Origin: Naegleria gruberi
Lineage: Eukaryota
NCBI GenBank assembly: GCA_000004985.1
Contig: GG739032.1
Length of the DNA stretch: 9,800 nt
Direction: 5' to 3' (one strand)
Part shown: positions 8,178 to 9,800 of the stretch, in pieces
Position numbering within the stretch: position 1 is the first letter of the stretch
Layout of the letters: each line of letters opens with the position of its first letter
Translations under genes and position numbers: made by a program
The notes under the pieces: generated by a model
The model's database searches: none
Seen by the model: only the letters and a program-made list of their open reading frames with translations
What the model was told of the DNA's origin: nothing

Positions 8178-8951
8178 AGATTCGTTGGAGAAGATCACAT
8201 GAAATTTGAAACTCACTTTTTAACTATATTATCAAATAAGAATTATAGATATTATTACAATAATATGAGAGCTCAATTTGAGAATAACAACATTACAATC
8301 CAAGGTGGAATGAAAAATTCTGGAAAGAGACAATTATTTACTTTTATTTCATCAAGTACTACTCTTAATCATATTGCAACATTTGACACAAACACTGTCT
8401 TGGTTTCTGAACGGTCTATAATGGAGAGAAAACAACAAGATGTCTCCATTTCCACATTTAAAAAGGAATCTATTAATTCTAACTTGATTTCCTTCTCGTT
8501 TGTTGATATATCAACAGTTAACAATCAATCAATTTCCTATACATTCCATTTAAATTCAACAAGAAAGTTAAATACCTTAAGAGAATATTCATGTATTGTT
8601 GTGAAGAATTATACCCAAATTCTTAGACAGAATGATTGTTCTCTATCTATTGATGGCCACTTATTAACATGTAAATGTACTTCCATTCAAAATAATTCTC
8701 AAATTGCCATTCTTACTACTGAATATTCAGAAGATACAACTCAATCGTTAACTACTCAATCAAGTAACAACTTGCTTTACCTTCTATTCCTGTTATTGTT
8801 GATCATATTAATAGGTATTGCAATAGTTGGGGTTGTTGTGGTTCCTGTTATCATTGTGTTGGTCAAGAGAAAACAAAAGAAACCAAAAGAAGTTGTAAAC
8901 TCTGTTGAACTACCAACAGCAGTTCATAATTTGTGGCTAGAAACAAAATAG
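8178..8951 (+). CDS. Partial (5' end in gap) type I membrane glycoprotein, paralogous to the 1..1692 protein. Four-Cys module (about nt 8583..8720). TM (about nt 8772..8864). 28-aa Lys-rich tail.
   Basis: Frame open from the gap edge to TAG at 8949..8951. Contains EYSCIVV...C...TCKC...IAIL, then a 31-residue hydrophobic stretch LLYLLFLLLLIILIGIAIVGVVVVPVIIVLV, then KRKQKKPKE. Same Cys spacing and same Cys-to-TM distance as the ORF at 1..1692. The first in-frame ATG after the gap (8199) gives no signal peptide, so the true start is probably inside the gap. Confidence 0.55.
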   Translation, partial: RFVGEDHMKFETHFLTILSNKNYRYYYNNMRAQFENNNITIQGGMKNSGKRQLFTFISSSTTLNHIATFDTNTVLVSERSIMERKQQDVSISTFKKESINSNLISFSFVDISTVNNQSISYTFHLNSTRKLNTLREYSCIVVKNYTQILRQNDCSLSIDGHLLTCKCTSIQNNSQIAILTTEYSEDTTQSLTTQSSNNLLYLLFLLLLIILIGIAIVGVVVVPVIIVLVKRKQKKPKEVVNSVELPTAVHNLWLETK

Positions 8952-8974
8952 AGTTCATCAAGGTTTTCTCATAT

Positions 8975-9060
8975 TCTTCAGAACTTTTGTCTAAAAATAT
9001 TTTTCCAAGATTTGCAATAAAACCAAAGAGGACTAACCACATGAAACACAAACAATTCAA
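8975..9060 (+). promoter_or_regulatory. Candidate core promoter for the polyubiquitin gene. GAACT (8981..8985), A/T-rich TCTAAAAATATTTTT (8990..9004), and Inr-like AAACAATTCA (9050..9059) about 22 bp before the ATG.
   Basis: The motifs resemble the GAAC element and the AAAAATTCA initiator described for Entamoeba core promoters. The intergenic distance is only 129 bp. Motif matching was by eye only. Confidence 0.2.
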
Positions 9061-9080
9061 GAAAAAAGCAGTTAACAACA

Positions 9081-9539
9081 ATGCAATTATTCGTCAAGAC
9101 ACTTACTGGAAAAACCATCACATTGGAAGTTGAATCAAATGATTCAATTGAGAATGTTAAAAGAAAAGTTCAAGATAAGGAAGGTATTCCACCAGAACAA
9201 CAAAGACTCATCTATGCTGGTAAACAATTGGAAGATGGCAGAACGATCAATGATTACAATATTCAAAAAGACTCTACTCTTCACTTGGTATTGAGATTGA
9301 GAGGTGGTATGCAACTCTTTGTTAAAACCCTAACTGGAAAGACAATTACAATTGAAATGGAATCAAATGATACTATTCAAAATATGAAACAAAAGATCTT
9401 TGATAAGGAAGGTATTCCATCTGATCAACAAAGATTGATTTATGCAGGTAAACAATTAGAAGATGGAAGACAACTCTCCGATTACAATCTTCAAAAGGAT
9501 TCAACAGTTCATTTAGTTTTGAGATTGAGAGGAGGTTAA
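9081..9539 (+). CDS. Polyubiquitin with two head-to-tail ubiquitin repeats (9081..9308 and 9309..9536). Each ends LRLRGG. Stop falls directly after the second GG.
   Basis: Two 76-aa units, [14 protein letters not shown]...[12 protein letters not shown]...[10 protein letters not shown]6, K11, K27, K29, K33, K48, K63, I44, H68, V70 and R72 are present in both. Repeat 1 has about 11 differences from canonical ubiquitin and repeat 2 about 20. The repeats differ from each other at 15 residues and at many synonymous sites. Confidence 0.9.
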   Translation: MQLFVKTLTGKTITLEVESNDSIENVKRKVQDKEGIPPEQQRLIYAGKQLEDGRTINDYNIQKDSTLHLVLRLRGGMQLFVKTLTGKTITIEMESNDTIQNMKQKIFDKEGIPSDQQRLIYAGKQLEDGRQLSDYNLQKDSTVHLVLRLRGG

Positions 9540-9608
9540 TATTCTAGCTCCATTTTCGAAATTCATTAAATAAAGTGTTACTACTCATACTCATAGCTTC
9601 TGTGATTA

Positions 9609-9800
9609 CCTTTCCAAATCCAATAGTGGATCTTCAAAGTCTTCCTTCAAAATATGATTAATCCGTTTCAAATCTAGAGGTGATAAATGATTACCAAGTA
9701 GGGAGACTTCTTTTAATCTTGGCATTTTGAGAAGGAAATCAACGAGTGATGAATTAAGATAGCAATCATCCAATGCTATTTCTCCAAATATTAAATGATA
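9609..9800 (-). CDS. C-terminal 64 codons of a leucine-rich-repeat-like protein that continues beyond the right window edge. Stop codon at 9606..9608 on the minus strand.
   Basis: Reverse-complement translation from 9800 is YHLIFGEIALDDCYLNSSLVDFLLKMPRLKEVSLLGNHLSPLDLKRINHILKEDFEDPLLDLER, then stop. LKEVSLLGNHLSPLDL fits the LxxLxLxxNxL LRR consensus. It falls one codon under the length cutoff of the supplied ORF track. Convergent with the ubiquitin gene; the two stop codons are 66 bp apart. Confidence 0.35.

Noticed and set aside
4178-8179. 1333-aa ORF in the track
   Set aside because: Only residues 1..528 (4178..5761) are real sequence. The rest is translation of N, terminated by a chance TAG at 8177..8179.
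5745-8216. 823-aa minus-strand ORF
   Set aside because: Almost entirely N. The short real flanks are antisense to the better-supported + strand genes.
5568-8951. 1127-aa ORF in the track
   Set aside because: Its 5' part (5568..5761) is an alternative frame overlapping the transposase, joined through the N gap to the real 8178..8951 coding segment. Only the post-gap part is kept.
8863-9133. Short ORFs 8863..9081(-) and 8933..9133(+)
   Set aside because: These overlap the TM and tail coding of the membrane protein, the ubiquitin 5' region, and the promoter. The much better-supported neighbouring genes explain the sequence.

Overview
AT-rich (about 30% GC) eukaryotic scaffold, probably from a protist. 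TAA and TAG act as stops, the long ORFs have no introns, and the assembly has two N gaps (1980..2029 and 5762..8176).

Features on the + strand, in order:
- (1) The 3' part of a large Ser/Thr/Ile/Asn-rich type I membrane glycoprotein gene (1..1692, open at the window edge). It has a four-Cys juxtamembrane module, one transmembrane segment and a basic cytoplasmic tail.
- (2) A roughly 1.63 kb non-coding element (2270..3899). It is bounded by imperfect terminal inverted repeats whose 13-bp tips are identical (TTGTTACACGCCA ... TGGCGTGTAACAA). It has GCGTGG/CACGC subterminal repeats and a decayed internal array of AAAATTCC...GATGATGA units. This looks like a non-autonomous DNA transposon (MITE-like).
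- (3) A third, degenerate copy of the same terminal motif (4040..4159), lying 20 bp upstream of
- (4) an uninterrupted 528-codon ORF that is clearly a piggyBac-family transposase. All three catalytic Asp residues (D243, D335, D514) are in conserved context. The ORF runs into the 2.4 kb gap.
- (5) After the gap, the 3' part of a second, paralogous type I membrane protein (8178..8951) with the same four-Cys module.
- (6) A two-repeat polyubiquitin gene (9081..9539). Both repeats are unusually divergent from canonical ubiquitin and from each other.

On the - strand, the C-terminal end of an LRR-like gene enters from the right edge (9609..9800).

Several ORFs in the supplied track translate the N runs or lie antisense within repeats and are artifacts.

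The most interesting biology is the transposon cluster sitting between two members of a surface-protein family. An intact piggyBac-like DDD transposase has, just before its start codon, a terminal motif belonging to a neighbouring TIR element whose ends do not look like canonical piggyBac ends.

The non-concerted, divergent polyubiquitin is the second point of interest. Its residues N20-D21-S22 and the Inr-like and GAAC-like motifs in the short intergenic region are weakly reminiscent of Entamoeba. I hold that organism guess at low confidence.
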